In this document: piece by piece, positions 48,196 through 58,803 of the stretch
Layout: each line of letters opens with the position of its first letter
Numbering within the stretch: the first letter of the stretch is position 1
Origin: a virus
Lineage: Duplodnaviria > Caudoviricetes
DNA: 64,000 nt
IMG/VR virus record: IMGVR_UViG_3300037067_021710
Direction: 5' to 3' (one strand)
Notes under the pieces: generated by a model
Told to the model about the DNA's origin: nothing
Seen by the model: only the letters and a program-made list of their open reading frames with translations
The model's database searches: none
Program-made: the position numbers and the translations under genes

Positions 48196-50088
48196 TTATG
48201 AATAGCTTAATGTTTTAAATATATAGTCAGTGTCAATGTCTGTAATACATCGAGACTCAGGTAATCTAACATCTTCTAAATGAGCAGGAGTTCCAGCACC
48301 ATCTTGAGTTTTATATGCTATTGATATAATATATCCAGTTAAATCAGCAGCTTGAGGATTTTGAACTCCGTATGTACTAAGATTATTATAGATTGTGTCT
48401 ATATAATACCCAATTTTATTTGTTGTATATGATATATAAGATGATGTTATTGTATAAATATTTGGAGCTGTTAAATCCCCTTGCTTACCAACTATAGTAC
48501 CACTAACATCTTTTCCTATAAGATAAGGAATATCATCCCAAACTCCAGCCCGTTTTCGATGAATCCAGATTTCTAAAGTGTCTTGTTGTAAATAAATCTG
48601 ATCTGCTGCTATCGAGGTTTCTGAAGATGGATAACTAACAGCAATTTCATACACTACTAATGTAGCAGCTTTATTTTTTTCCATTTGTAAAACTTCAGTT
48701 TCATGATGGTCAATATATAATACAGAGTCAATAATTTTTGTATAATTTGACCAATAAACATTTTTTTGAAAATCTACATTTAGAATCCCATAATTAGTTG
48801 TTAATGCTGTATCAATTAAGCTATCAACAGTAGTATAAGCTTGAGAAGTTATAGTAGCTTCTATTTTAAACATAAGAAAAATAATAGCTGGGTCAAACCA
48901 TGAAACAATTTCAGTCACTCCCTTTTTATTTTTATCTTTAAGATAAAGTACAACAGCATCTTTCTGAGCGCTTGTTAATGTCGACCCATCAGTAGAAATA
49001 GCTGTAACATATACTTTGTTAACAGTATCAGTAGAAGTATATCCAAGTTCTTCTCCATTAGCTACATTTGCTCGATAAATATATCCAGAAGCTTCTAAGA
49101 CAGTTTTCCAATCAGTATCTCCTCCACATCGGTATCCAGCAGCAAATAATTGAGGGCCATAGTTTCGTATGTGCTCAATATCTTCTATATCAGTTCCATT
49201 ACTTATTTCATCATCATTAGTAACATATAAAGTAACTACATCCCCATTTGCATCAACTAAGTCTTCTGCAAATTGAGTAATAATATCTGCTTGTGTAATA
49301 TTACCAGCAGCTCCATTTGTTTCAGCATACGTAATTTTAACTAATTGCCCCGTAGCTAATTGACGCCCGTAAACATTATCACCAAATTTAATAAGTACTT
49401 GTTCAAAAGTAGAAGCGTTAACTACTTCACAATAGTAATTTGTGGTGTCTGTTAAAAAATATAATTTTTCTGGATTTGTTATAGTAGCATCAGTTAAATT
49501 ATCTTCACCACAAATGTTAACTGCATTAAGAACAGTTCCATTTGAGTCTACAATATCAACTTGAATATAATCATTTTCTACTGTATTAGAAACTAAAGGG
49601 ATTATTTCATTTGCTGTTCCAGCAGCTTCATATGTATAAGTTTTAACAGTACCTTCTTTTACAGCAATAGATAATGACCCAGAAGTACCATTTCCATAAA
49701 TTTCAGTTTCAGTGGTATAAGCAAATACTGTTTTATTTGTATTTTGTAATTGAGTCCATTTAGGTATAGTTACACTTACTCCAGTATATGCTGACCCGCT
49801 AAATGTAGAGCTTGCATTAACACTAACTTCTCCAGAGGCTCCTACTGTTCTATAAGGAATGTAACCAATATATGGTGATTGATTTACTAATGACTCTTTT
49901 ATTTCTGCAGTTTCCCAAGTGCTTTCACGATAGTAAACTTCAACTAAATATGCTAATTTTTCAATGCCATAAGCTACTACATCGATTAGTCTTTCATATA
50001 CCCCATAAAAAAGTATTTTGGACCAACTTGATAATAAGGATAGCTTATTTTTTAAGTCTGTTTTTATTGAATCAAAATCAAAGGTCAT
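48196..50088 (-). CDS. baseplate wedge subunit (gp6/J-like)
   Basis: FDFDSIKTDLK, TAEIKESL, IKFGDNVYG, NGAAGN, GTDIEDIEHIR. Confidence 0.85.
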   Translation of the reverse strand: MTFDFDSIKTDLKNKLSLLSSWSKILFYGVYERLIDVVAYGIEKLAYLVEVYYRESTWETAEIKESLVNQSPYIGYIPYRTVGASGEVSVNASSTFSGSAYTGVSVTIPKWTQLQNTNKTVFAYTTETEIYGNGTSGSLSIAVKEGTVKTYTYEAAGTANEIIPLVSNTVENDYIQVDIVDSNGTVLNAVNICGEDNLTDATITNPEKLYFLTDTTNYYCEVVNASTFEQVLIKFGDNVYGRQLATGQLVKITYAETNGAAGNITQADIITQFAEDLVDANGDVVTLYVTNDDEISNGTDIEDIEHIRNYGPQLFAAGYRCGGDTDWKTVLEASGYIYRANVANGEELGYTSTDTVNKVYVTAISTDGSTLTSAQKDAVVLYLKDKNKKGVTEIVSWFDPAIIFLMFKIEATITSQAYTTVDSLIDTALTTNYGILNVDFQKNVYWSNYTKIIDSVLYIDHHETEVLQMEKNKAATLVVYEIAVSYPSSETSIAADQIYLQQDTLEIWIHRKRAGVWDDIPYLIGKDVSGTIVGKQGDLTAPNIYTITSSYISYTTNKIGYYIDTIYNNLSTYGVQNPQAADLTGYIISIAYKTQDGAGTPAHLEDVRLPESRCITDIDTDYIFKTLSYS

Positions 50089-50099
50089 AAATTATTACC

Positions 50100-50687
50100 T
50101 TAGCTTAAGTTTATGAGTGCAAGTATTTCTTCGAAATAGCTGTCAGAAGCTTCAAGATTTATTAAAAGATATTTACCCCATTGCCAATGCAATTTTTCTG
50201 AATTAAATTTTAGTAATTTGCTTTTCATTTCAGGTTTTTTAATTAATACCCAGTTCCGTAAATTAAGTTCAGAAAATTCTATTTCTTCAAAAGTAAAAGA
50301 CTGTTTTGCTGTTAAATCTTTTGTATAAATTTTTAAAGATTGGGTTCGACCTGTAATTGGCTCAGAGTATTCCAGATTTATAATTAATATTTTACGTACA
50401 TAGTCTCTTTCTATATATAGTTTTTTTAGTTCAATACTAGGAGAAAAATTATTCATAATACCAGTTCTAATTAAAAATACTAACTGATCAACTTTTGCAT
50501 CAGTCATATTTTTAAAAATGGCTCTGTCTAATACACCAGCTTCATTTGGTTTTTTAAGGATATCCCCTAATTTAGAAGTTATCCACGTAGTTAAAGCAGA
50601 ATCTACTGCTTCGTTATCAAAATGAACAATAGCTTCACCTGAAGAAGTATCATTGCCAAATAAGTCAAGATCGTGGTATATTTCCAT
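50100..50687 (-). CDS. baseplate gp25-like protein
   Basis: EAVDSALTTWITSKLGDILKKPNEAG (gp25 T..GE....P.fG pattern); position in the module. Confidence 0.65.
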   Translation of the reverse strand: MEIYHDLDLFGNDTSSGEAIVHFDNEAVDSALTTWITSKLGDILKKPNEAGVLDRAIFKNMTDAKVDQLVFLIRTGIMNNFSPSIELKKLYIERDYVRKILIINLEYSEPITGRTQSLKIYTKDLTAKQSFTFEEIEFSELNLRNWVLIKKPEMKSKLLKFNSEKLHWQWGKYLLINLEASDSYFEEILALINLS

Positions 50688-50725
50688 AATAATTTTTCTT
50701 AATTATTAGTAATAACAATGAAGTA

Positions 50726-51412
50726 TTAACTAGTTACAAGTTTTTGAGTTTTAGCAGAAGTTATATTTAAAGTTGTATTTCCCGTAGCTGTGCCACCTGC
50801 TCCATTTGCTTTTACAATATCAGCATTGAGTAAAGTCAGCATAGTTTGTAGGGCTGTATTTAATTCTGTCCATGTAACTAATTCTTTTGTATTTCCGTTT
50901 ATTTCAATTTTATTAGCAGTTGTTGTTTTTATAGTATTGCTATAATTATCAGAATACTCAAGAAGGCCCTGAGTGTTTATATGAACCCATGCTTTTGGGT
51001 GATATATTGTAACCTCAGGTTTTGAATCAGAAGAAGATACTGCGAGGCAAATTCCGTTTTTAAAGTATAAAAATTTCACATCAGGGTATGAAGCTGACCC
51101 ACCAACTGTACTTTTAATATCGTCTTCATACAGTTCATGAGGATGTAAACTTTCTAAATTTAAGTCAAATAAATAAAAAGCATTTCTAAAATTTATTTCA
51201 TCTTCAAAATAAATCCAAACCTTAGAATTGGTTTCTGGTATACAAGAAATTCCATAAGAGTTTGACCCACCAGAAAAGCTTTTAGCTTGACGTGCCCAAG
51301 GATAATCATCTTGCCCAAAGTCTTTCATTTCAGGAAGAATTTTTATTTGAACTTTTCCTTCTTTATCTGTGTCATTGTTGTCAACTATTTCTGCAACATA
51401 AAACTTAGGCAT
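50726..51412 (-). CDS. baseplate spike (gp5/gpV OB-fold)
   Basis: AEIVDNNDTDKEGKVQIKI, PWA, IPETNSKVWIYF. Confidence 0.8.
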   Translation of the reverse strand: MPKFYVAEIVDNNDTDKEGKVQIKILPEMKDFGQDDYPWARQAKSFSGGSNSYGISCIPETNSKVWIYFEDEINFRNAFYLFDLNLESLHPHELYEDDIKSTVGGSASYPDVKFLYFKNGICLAVSSSDSKPEVTIYHPKAWVHINTQGLLEYSDNYSNTIKTTTANKIEINGNTKELVTWTELNTALQTMLTLLNADIVKANGAGGTATGNTTLNITSAKTQKLVTS

Positions 51413-51422
51413 CGAGTCTCTC

Positions 51423-51734
51423 CTATTTTTTATTAGCTAAAAGAAAATCCTTAAGATCTTGTAATTTTGGTATATTTATTATTGTTCCTACTGGTACATC
51501 TTCTATATCAGCAATATTATTTAAAAGTAAAAGTACATATTCCCATGATACATCACCATAATAAGCCCAACTTATAAGATAAGGTTTAATAAGTTCCACA
51601 GAAGTTATTGCATGTTTATAAAATCCATTAGCCCAAGGAAAAGTACTCCACTTAATTGTGGTTGAATCATACACTGTAATATTATGAATATTACTACTAC
51701 CTTCTTCTAAAGTGTCCATGAATAAATGATGCAT
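51423..51734 (-). CDS. baseplate gp53/LysM-like protein
   Basis: PYLISWAYYGDVSWEYVLLLLNNIAD...GTIINIP. Confidence 0.75.
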   Translation of the reverse strand: MHHLFMDTLEEGSSNIHNITVYDSTTIKWSTFPWANGFYKHAITSVELIKPYLISWAYYGDVSWEYVLLLLNNIADIEDVPVGTIINIPKLQDLKDFLLANKK

Positions 51735-51740
51735 ATTACT

Positions 51741-52472
51741 TTACCCGCCAGAAGCTGATTTACCAGCAGTTCCTGCACTTTTTTCTCCACCAAGGCCGCC
51801 TTTTGCTCCCTTTGGGTTTTCAACTGCATCAAATATTGCAGTTGTTGCTGGATATAATCCTTTTATAACTAAGTCTAAAGTACCCCAAATAGGCCAACCT
51901 TTTTTTGTTATCTGCTTTGAATATGTAGGTTCAGCTGACTCTATAAAAGCTGGATTTAAAAATATTATTCCAGGTATTTCCATAGAAATTAGTTTTCCTT
52001 TAGTAGAAATTTCCTTAGTAGAAGTATCTTGTACAGCTTTCATTGTAGCTAAACTAATACCTGGGGTCCTATATACTTCTTTTCCTCCAACTTTTTCTAC
52101 ACTTAATATAGTTAATGAGATAATTTTTCTCATTTTATCCCAAACATCTTTTTTAGCATCTTCTTCTATAAAAAATATTAATTTAACTGGTATTTCTGCT
52201 GCATCAGTTCCTTGCCATATTGGAACATTAAATTTAGCTCGCAGATTTTCAATTCCTTTGCTTGCAGTTCCTCCTCCAGCAGCAAATAGCTGTGATAAAG
52301 TAGCAATTTTATTTACTATAGGAATTTCATCACTGATTGAAGTAAAAGTAGATTTATATTTTGGTTGAACATCATCCATAATTGGATGCTCTAAAACATT
52401 AGAGTCTTGATTAGATTCCGACATATTTCCAGATTGATCATTTAATAATTTTATACGTATTATATTAGCCAT
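51741..52472 (-). CDS. tail tube initiator / baseplate protein
   Basis: Position after the tape measure gene; tube-fold-like beta pattern. Confidence 0.5.
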   Translation of the reverse strand: MANIIRIKLLNDQSGNMSESNQDSNVLEHPIMDDVQPKYKSTFTSISDEIPIVNKIATLSQLFAAGGGTASKGIENLRAKFNVPIWQGTDAAEIPVKLIFFIEEDAKKDVWDKMRKIISLTILSVEKVGGKEVYRTPGISLATMKAVQDTSTKEISTKGKLISMEIPGIIFLNPAFIESAEPTYSKQITKKGWPIWGTLDLVIKGLYPATTAIFDAVENPKGAKGGLGGEKSAGTAGKSASGG

Positions 52473-54085
52473 TATCTACTTGCCCCAGTAGAGCTATGAG
52501 TATCATCAAATTCCAACTGAATTTGACTATATGATCTAATTTTTTGCTCAATTTCTTTTTGTTTCAGAGTTAAGATTTGATCATACCGATCATCTTTTCC
52601 AGTTTTCTTAAGACGTTCATCAAAAGCTTTTGCATTTGCTGTTGCTGAAACTGCTTCATTTTCCATTAAACGTTCAAGATGTTTAGCCTTAACTGCTTTT
52701 GCCCTGTAATCTTTGTCGCCAGTAATAAAGTCCATAGGATGAGCTATAATGGCCCCTAAAATATCTCCAAATCCTAAGAAAGCTTCTTTAAGCCAATTAA
52801 CTGCTTTTGTAAATACTTTTGATAATGAACCAAAAATACCTTTAGAAAAAAAGTCTTTTAGCCATGCCCCAAACCGAGATGGAGCAGACCGTAATGTATG
52901 ACTTATATAAGAGCCAAATTTTTTTGTTTGCTTCCAAATTTCTTTTATTCCAAATTTTTTAATATTTGTAAATGCCCATACAATAAATCGTACTGGAGCA
53001 GTAAGTATTTTAAAAAATACTCCTAATATTTTTCCAAAAATTCCAAATTTTTCTTCTAAAATTTTAGGAACGCTATCTAACCACGCACCAACTTTATCAG
53101 AGTATTTCCATAGTAAAAGTAGGGCTGCTGCTAAAGCTATTGCAGCTAAAACAAAGGGGAGGATGGGAGTTATTACAGCCCATAAAGGAGCTACCAAAGA
53201 CCATAATCCAGCCGCAAATCCTCCTTCTCCTAAAATAGTTGCATATAAACCCGGCAATAAAGTACGAATCATTAACATTCCTAGTTTTCCAAATAGCCCT
53301 ACTATAGGTCCTAAAATTGTTTTTAATAAAGTAAACATAGGAAGTACTTTCATTATAAGCCCAGTTCCAATATATAGAATTGGGATAAGCGGCCCAATAG
53401 CTTTAAATAAACCAGTAAAAGCTCCCTTAGCTCCAAATAAACTTTCTCCAAGCCCTTCTAGCATTGTGCCTTTAAATATTTGATCAATTCGTTTTCCAAT
53501 TTCTGGAAATAATTTATCAATAAGTCTTATAATAGCTTTTGGTAAAACATCAAATAACATTCTAGTAATCAATCTAAAAAGTGTTGGGGCTATTGCTATT
53601 ATAAGGTCAAAAATAATTAATACTATGCTTGTAAACATATCAATAAGGCTATTAAGTAGTTCAGGCCCTAAAAAGGCAAGAGCTAAAAGCCCCATGAGAC
53701 TTTTAAAGAAATTATCTCCAGCACTTTTCATGAAAGAAGTAATTCCCTTTTTAGCAAGCTCTAAAAATTTATTTTGACGTAGGTATTTGTCATAGTATAG
53801 TGTTAATTTATTTTGCATTCGTAAAAACTTTATTTGGCGAGTAGAAAAAATACTTCCATCACTATTGACATTTTTAAGTAGTATTTTTATTTGTTTGTCA
53901 CGCTCTTTATATGCTTTCTCAGCTTCTACTTTTTGTTGGGCAACTTTTAAATCACGCCGTTGTGATTGTGTTAATAATCCTTCTATACCCTCTATAGCTT
54001 CAAGAGCTTTTTCTTGTTTTTTAGGAGACAACCCTTCTATAGTTCGGGGGATAGATTTTAATGAAGGTGCGAGTAAATTAGCCAT
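52472..54085 (-). CDS. tape measure protein
   Basis: Long amphipathic and hydrophobic helical segments; follows the tube and chaperone genes. Confidence 0.7.
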   Translation of the reverse strand: MANLLAPSLKSIPRTIEGLSPKKQEKALEAIEGIEGLLTQSQRRDLKVAQQKVEAEKAYKERDKQIKILLKNVNSDGSIFSTRQIKFLRMQNKLTLYYDKYLRQNKFLELAKKGITSFMKSAGDNFFKSLMGLLALAFLGPELLNSLIDMFTSIVLIIFDLIIAIAPTLFRLITRMLFDVLPKAIIRLIDKLFPEIGKRIDQIFKGTMLEGLGESLFGAKGAFTGLFKAIGPLIPILYIGTGLIMKVLPMFTLLKTILGPIVGLFGKLGMLMIRTLLPGLYATILGEGGFAAGLWSLVAPLWAVITPILPFVLAAIALAAALLLLWKYSDKVGAWLDSVPKILEEKFGIFGKILGVFFKILTAPVRFIVWAFTNIKKFGIKEIWKQTKKFGSYISHTLRSAPSRFGAWLKDFFSKGIFGSLSKVFTKAVNWLKEAFLGFGDILGAIIAHPMDFITGDKDYRAKAVKAKHLERLMENEAVSATANAKAFDERLKKTGKDDRYDQILTLKQKEIEQKIRSYSQIQLEFDDTHSSTGASR

Positions 54086-54094
54086 ATAGTTTCT

Positions 54095-54406
54095 TTAATT
54101 ATTAGTAGTAGCAGACCCTTTATTTTTAAAGGCCCCTGACACTAGTTTAGCAATATTAGCATAAAAATCGATTGATTGTTTCATAATTTTTTGGGCTTCA
54201 GACCACGGAGTTTTGAGAATTTCACTACGTGGTTGGCAACATTTAGACTCCAAAATATATAGTACCTCTCGCACGTTTTCGATGTGCTCGTTGGGTATCA
54301 ATGTCAAGTGGTAAAAGCTCGATAGGAGTAAATTCTTGTTGAAGTAACCTCTTGCTAGGCTTGCCACATAAATTGCAAGTAAGCTCTCTTTCATCATAAA
54401 TTCCAA
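54095..54406 (-). CDS. tail-assembly chaperone C-terminal extension or gp51-like small ORF
   Basis: Overlaps the 3' end of 54243..55421 in the +1 frame; start uncertain. Confidence 0.45.
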   Translation of the reverse strand: MEFMMKESLLAIYVASLARGYFNKNLLLSSFYHLTLIPNEHIENVREVLYILESKCCQPRSEILKTPWSEAQKIMKQSIDFYANIAKLVSGAFKNKGSATTNN

Positions 54407-55421
54407 ATTGTATATGACTTAAAAAATCACTAAAGTCGAACTGATCTCCTCTAGTAAGTTCTTTAAATAATTCATAACGTTCTTCATGTGATGAAATTTC
54501 TTTTCCATTAAATTTAATTAATGTCATTGCTTGAGCATATAAAATAGCTTCTTTTGCTTCATTTTCTTTAATAGCTTGAATTTCTCTTTCTTTTTGCTCT
54601 TGAACTTCTAAAAGCATTACTCCATGGGGATTAGGACGATTTTTAATTATTCTAATTTTTGGATCATATTTTAATCGTATTAGTTTTTGTGCTTCTAATA
54701 AATCACCAACTCTCATAAGTTTAAAAGAATATAAATTTCCAGTATCAGGGTGTTTATAATTAATTGGCTCTTTAATCATTATAGTTTCAAGTTCTTGTTC
54801 TCGTGTCCAAGTATCAATATCATCAAGAGGTTCTTCAGCGTAGCGATTAATTAAATATTCTTTAAATTCTTCATCTGTCCATTCATCAAAATAATTTTCT
54901 TTATAAAATTTTCGAAGATCTAATTCCGCTTGTTCAATTGAACGATATTGAATAGTTCGTAAGTCAATCTCAACTTCACTAATTTTTCGTTCTTTATCAG
55001 AAGCATTAATTTGGCAATCATCTATCCAACGGTGAATATGCTTATATGTATTAAACTGAAGTTTTATACCAACTAAAGCTTCAAGAAATTCTTCTATTGT
55101 AAGCTCAGTAATAGAAACTCCAGCATCAGGATTTTTAATCCTATCCATAATAGAAATTAATGTTTCATAAATAGTTTCAAGAGTCGACAATGTAAGGTCA
55201 TTAACATGCTCAACAGAATAATCTGTAAAATACATTTCTGGAGGAGCACTAAATCGACCATTACTTTCAAATTTTACAGTAACTCTACCACCACGATTAT
55301 AAAACTTAGTATCTTCAGCTGGTATTATTTCTTTTGTTTTTGCTCGTGGTGTTCGTTCATTTCTTATGGGTTTGCTTTCTAATGTTTTTGGGTCTATGAG
55401 AATACTATCTTCGTTATCCAT
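54243..55421 (-). CDS. tail/baseplate assembly chaperone (gp26-like)
   Basis: EVEIDLRTI, FKLMRVGDL, terminal TCNLCG; upstream of the tape measure gene. Confidence 0.6.
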   Translation of the reverse strand: MDNEDSILIDPKTLESKPIRNERTPRAKTKEIIPAEDTKFYNRGGRVTVKFESNGRFSAPPEMYFTDYSVEHVNDLTLSTLETIYETLISIMDRIKNPDAGVSITELTIEEFLEALVGIKLQFNTYKHIHRWIDDCQINASDKERKISEVEIDLRTIQYRSIEQAELDLRKFYKENYFDEWTDEEFKEYLINRYAEEPLDDIDTWTREQELETIMIKEPINYKHPDTGNLYSFKLMRVGDLLEAQKLIRLKYDPKIRIIKNRPNPHGVMLLEVQEQKEREIQAIKENEAKEAILYAQAMTLIKFNGKEISSHEERYELFKELTRGDQFDFSDFLSHIQFGIYDERELTCNLCGKPSKRLLQQEFTPIELLPLDIDTQRAHRKRARGTIYFGV

Positions 55422-55446
55422 TTACAACTCCTTATTAATTTATCTA

Positions 55447-56148
55447 TTAACCAACTATTGCATCTTCTATTGCAGCTATTACTTTTCCTGATAAAGAAAC
55501 CCATTCAGCATTTTCTATAGAAAAAGATACAGGGACTATCATAGCATCTCCAGTTTTTTGATCAAGTTCAAGTTCTCCAAATGCAATTGGTTTTAGCCCA
55601 TACACAGCAAGAATTACATCATTTGGAGTTCCTTGCTTATCTAATAAAAATATTTTTGCATTTTTTTTTGCTTTGGCTTGGTTATCATTAAATAAATACC
55701 CTTTTTGGGAGTCATATACTCCAATTGAATTAAGCCAACCCGCAATATAACTTCGTACAGTACCACTATCATCTTCTAAAAATTCAAGAGTTATACTTTC
55801 TGCATATTCTACATCTTTTATATAGGTTTTAAAATCTGCTCGTTCATATGTAAAATTAGGAAAAGTTATTTGTACTTTTTGTAAATACAAATTTGTAATG
55901 GACATATCACTGACTAATGAGCGTGCTGCTTGTTCTACAGAAACAAAAGCTTCTCCCGCTGAGGAAGTGCTACCAAGAGTAACTGGGTATAAAAGTATTT
56001 CAAATACATTAAGCATTTGAGCATCCATATTATATAGACGCTGTAGTATCTGCTCATTGTATTTCCCAGTCATTTGAGCTGCTTGTTTAGAAACAGCCAT
56101 TTTAGCTGAGTTGTAACCTGATTCTGCTGTTTTTAAAAAATTAGCCAT
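55447..56148 (-). CDS. tail tube-like protein 2
   Basis: ITLEFLEDDSG..RSYI.GW, GLKPI...LD tube-fold pattern. Confidence 0.6.
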   Translation of the reverse strand: MANFLKTAESGYNSAKMAVSKQAAQMTGKYNEQILQRLYNMDAQMLNVFEILLYPVTLGSTSSAGEAFVSVEQAARSLVSDMSITNLYLQKVQITFPNFTYERADFKTYIKDVEYAESITLEFLEDDSGTVRSYIAGWLNSIGVYDSQKGYLFNDNQAKAKKNAKIFLLDKQGTPNDVILAVYGLKPIAFGELELDQKTGDAMIVPVSFSIENAEWVSLSGKVIAAIEDAIVG

Positions 56149-56181
56149 TTATGCCTCTATTTGTTTATTAGTAATAAAGCA

Positions 56182-56207
56182 AAAGCTAGTTTGTTTAAAC
56201 TAGCTTT
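56182..56207 (-). terminator. intrinsic terminator after the tail tube gene
   Basis: AAAGCTAGTTT-4 nt-AAACTAGCTTT followed by a T-rich tract on the minus strand. Confidence 0.65.
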
Positions 56208-56232
56208 ATAATATTTAAAAATGTAGTATTTT

Positions 56233-56739
56233 TTATTCGTATTTGATTGTTTGATAAATCATATTTAACGTACAACGAGATGGATCAGCATTATTATGTT
56301 CAAATTGAGTGGTTTTTAGTCCAACAAGAGCTACTCCGCCATATCTAAAAGTACGTTTAACTATACCTGATCCATCAAGAGCTTTAACTAATAAAGAAGT
56401 ACTTATTTGTGAAAAATCCATTGCAGTACCATTAACACAATCATGTACCATTTTTTTCCATTTAACAAGGTCTTTATGAACTTGCCATTGCTGATCTATA
56501 CGTACATCAAAAGTCATAGTTTTTTCAGTTTCATCTATCATGCTTGGCTTAACAATTTTTAAACCACGAAACCAAAACTCATAAGTTCCAACTTTTTCTT
56601 CAGGAGGGTCGAATGATTGGTCAGCACGTAATGAAATAAGGTCAGCTTTACCCCCGCCGGGAATTCCATTTGGAAAGTTTATAATATATTGACTTGAGTG
56701 TTGATCATCTCCAAGTTGAATTATAAGATCTGTACTCAT
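56233..56739 (-). CDS. tail tube protein
   Basis: 168 aa directly after the sheath; gp19-like pattern. Confidence 0.75.
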   Translation of the reverse strand: MSTDLIIQLGDDQHSSQYIINFPNGIPGGGKADLISLRADQSFDPPEEKVGTYEFWFRGLKIVKPSMIDETEKTMTFDVRIDQQWQVHKDLVKWKKMVHDCVNGTAMDFSQISTSLLVKALDGSGIVKRTFRYGGVALVGLKTTQFEHNNADPSRCTLNMIYQTIKYE

Positions 56740-56781
56740 GTTTATTTTACCTCGTTAATTCTATAATTATTAGTATTCATA

Positions 56782-58605
56782 TTAAGTTGTTGGTAATAGT
56801 TCGGCCAACACTTGAGTTTGAGATAACCGAGTTAATCTGACTAAGCATAATTCAGAAGTTGGGGTCGTCCTACAATACACGTCCAAAACGAACCGTCTGT
56901 TTTCAAGTACCACATCAGTATTATTAGAACTGTCGCACAAAACATAAAATTCGCGGAAAGCTCCTACAGCTCCAAGAGTTGCTGCAATAAAATCATCCGT
57001 CATTACTCGAGCTTTTGTTCTGTGTGGTTCATCATTCCATTTAAAAACTTGTTTCTTCAATACGTAACGAGCAACACGGCTAATTAAGTAGTTGTACGCT
57101 CTACGAGCTCCGATATAACTTGTGTCTGAAAGATCAACTTGAGCTGTTTTATCTCCAGAAACCATAACTCCATATGTGTCATCAAAAATTATTGGATTAA
57201 TTTGAGCATCATCAAGATTTTGTACATCAGTAGGATCACTAAAATCTTGATCCATTTCTAAATATACCCAATCTCGTAATTGACCACCATGACCGTCATC
57301 ATCTGCTCCAGCAGGAGCTTGACTATCATATACATCTGCCATATCAGCATATTTACCACCAATAGAGCCTATATTCGAAATCCAAGCTTCTGAGTTATTA
57401 TATGGGTCTTTAATTAATGACCAGTTAGCATATAAAGAAATATTATCAGAGTCTAATGAAAGAGCATTTCTTTCTGTAACTAATTCTGTGGCATCATTTC
57501 CAATAGTAAGTATAGTTATGCCATGAGCATAAGGTTGTGATGCTTGTATAATAGTGTTCATTTTTACTGAGTATCCACCAACTGCATCCATAAAAATAGT
57601 AGCTGGGTATTTACCTGCTTTTGAGAAGAAGTCCCATCCAGTATTCATATTAGCTGAACTGGGGTCCACTCGTCTCCCTCCAACAAAATCTACTTTAAGA
57701 GTTGAAGCAATACTATATGTAGTATATTGGTATGCAGTATTTATTTTAGGAAGAAGATATTTATTATTTTTAAAAACATCAAGAATATATAATGATTTTC
57801 CAAACCCATCTTTTTCTCTAATTAAAGAATAGCTATAAGTATCTATTTCTACATAGTTTCCAGATACAATTTTATAAAGAGTTAGTTTAAATTTATATCC
57901 GCTAACTGATTCAAAATCAACTGATAAATCATCATCATAAGGAGAAACTGCAAAAAATGAATGAGAAATACTTGTTGAGTTGTCTGCTGTGTAAGAATAA
58001 TTTACTGTTAAAGCACTTCCACTAGCGGGGGCCGTTACTGTTTTAAAAGCAATTCCACCACTTGCATATACTACGCTGTTAGTACCAGTAGAGTCAATAT
58101 CATCACCAGATATAACACCACTTCCATTGTCTCCAGCATCAAGAGCAATTCCACCAACTAAAAGCTCTATACTTCCAGCAGCTACAGGAAGATTAGTTAA
58201 CGTACCAGAAAATATTTTAGTAACCCCGTTACCATTACCTAAAGAAAGTGTACCCGCATGATTATTTAAGGTATAATAAAATGAATCTGGATGATTTTGG
58301 CCAGCACTAAAAGCTGCTACAGACCCAGATTGTATATGAATTCCACCAAATTTTGATTGAATAGTATCATAAGGGCAGACCATATATAACGAAGACTTTC
58401 GCACAAAAGCAAGAGCTTCAAATACTCCAGGATAATCAGAGGAAGGATATCCAGCATTTATGAGAACATCTTCTTCACTTTGGCAAAGAATAGGTTTATC
58501 AAATCTTCCCTTACTTGCAGGAATAACCATTGCTCCCTGTTCAGATATATTACTATTTACAAAACCGCTTAAATCGCGCTCTTGACTTTGTACTCTATAA
58601 CTCAT
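56782..58605 (-). CDS. contractile tail sheath protein
   Basis: ERDLSGF, APAG, QINPI, GDKT, IGARR, FYVLCDSSNNT. Confidence 0.9.
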   Translation of the reverse strand: MSYRVQSQERDLSGFVNSNISEQGAMVIPASKGRFDKPILCQSEEDVLINAGYPSSDYPGVFEALAFVRKSSLYMVCPYDTIQSKFGGIHIQSGSVAAFSAGQNHPDSFYYTLNNHAGTLSLGNGNGVTKIFSGTLTNLPVAAGSIELLVGGIALDAGDNGSGVISGDDIDSTGTNSVVYASGGIAFKTVTAPASGSALTVNYSYTADNSTSISHSFFAVSPYDDDLSVDFESVSGYKFKLTLYKIVSGNYVEIDTYSYSLIREKDGFGKSLYILDVFKNNKYLLPKINTAYQYTTYSIASTLKVDFVGGRRVDPSSANMNTGWDFFSKAGKYPATIFMDAVGGYSVKMNTIIQASQPYAHGITILTIGNDATELVTERNALSLDSDNISLYANWSLIKDPYNNSEAWISNIGSIGGKYADMADVYDSQAPAGADDDGHGGQLRDWVYLEMDQDFSDPTDVQNLDDAQINPIIFDDTYGVMVSGDKTAQVDLSDTSYIGARRAYNYLISRVARYVLKKQVFKWNDEPHRTKARVMTDDFIAATLGAVGAFREFYVLCDSSNNTDVVLENRRFVLDVYCRTTPTSELCLVRLTRLSQTQVLAELLPTT

Positions 58606-58648
58606 GTTGTTGACCTCAAATTTCGTTTATTCTCATTAGGTAGTTTAT

Positions 58649-58658
58649 TTATTAGTAA
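58649..58658 (-). promoter_or_regulatory. late-class promoter motif TTACTAATAA (sheath; representative site)
   Basis: Recurs at 21841, 47041, 50703, 54099, 56165, 56767, 58699, 63404 (minus) and 35808, 58767 (plus). Confidence 0.7.
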
Positions 58659-58803
58659 CTACTATCAGAAAATAGCTTATACATTTATATGATTTTAATT
58701 ATTAGTATTAAATTTTATTTTTAAATTTACTAAGTTTTTATATATATTTAAGGCTTCTATTTCAAATTACTAATAAATAAGTTAGATAATAAAGGTAAAA
58801 ATT

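Noticed and set aside
46047-58605. Tail module as a tailocin or extracellular contractile injection system
   Set aside because: It is contiguous with a full phage replication arm and shares its regulatory motifs; head genes probably lie outside the window
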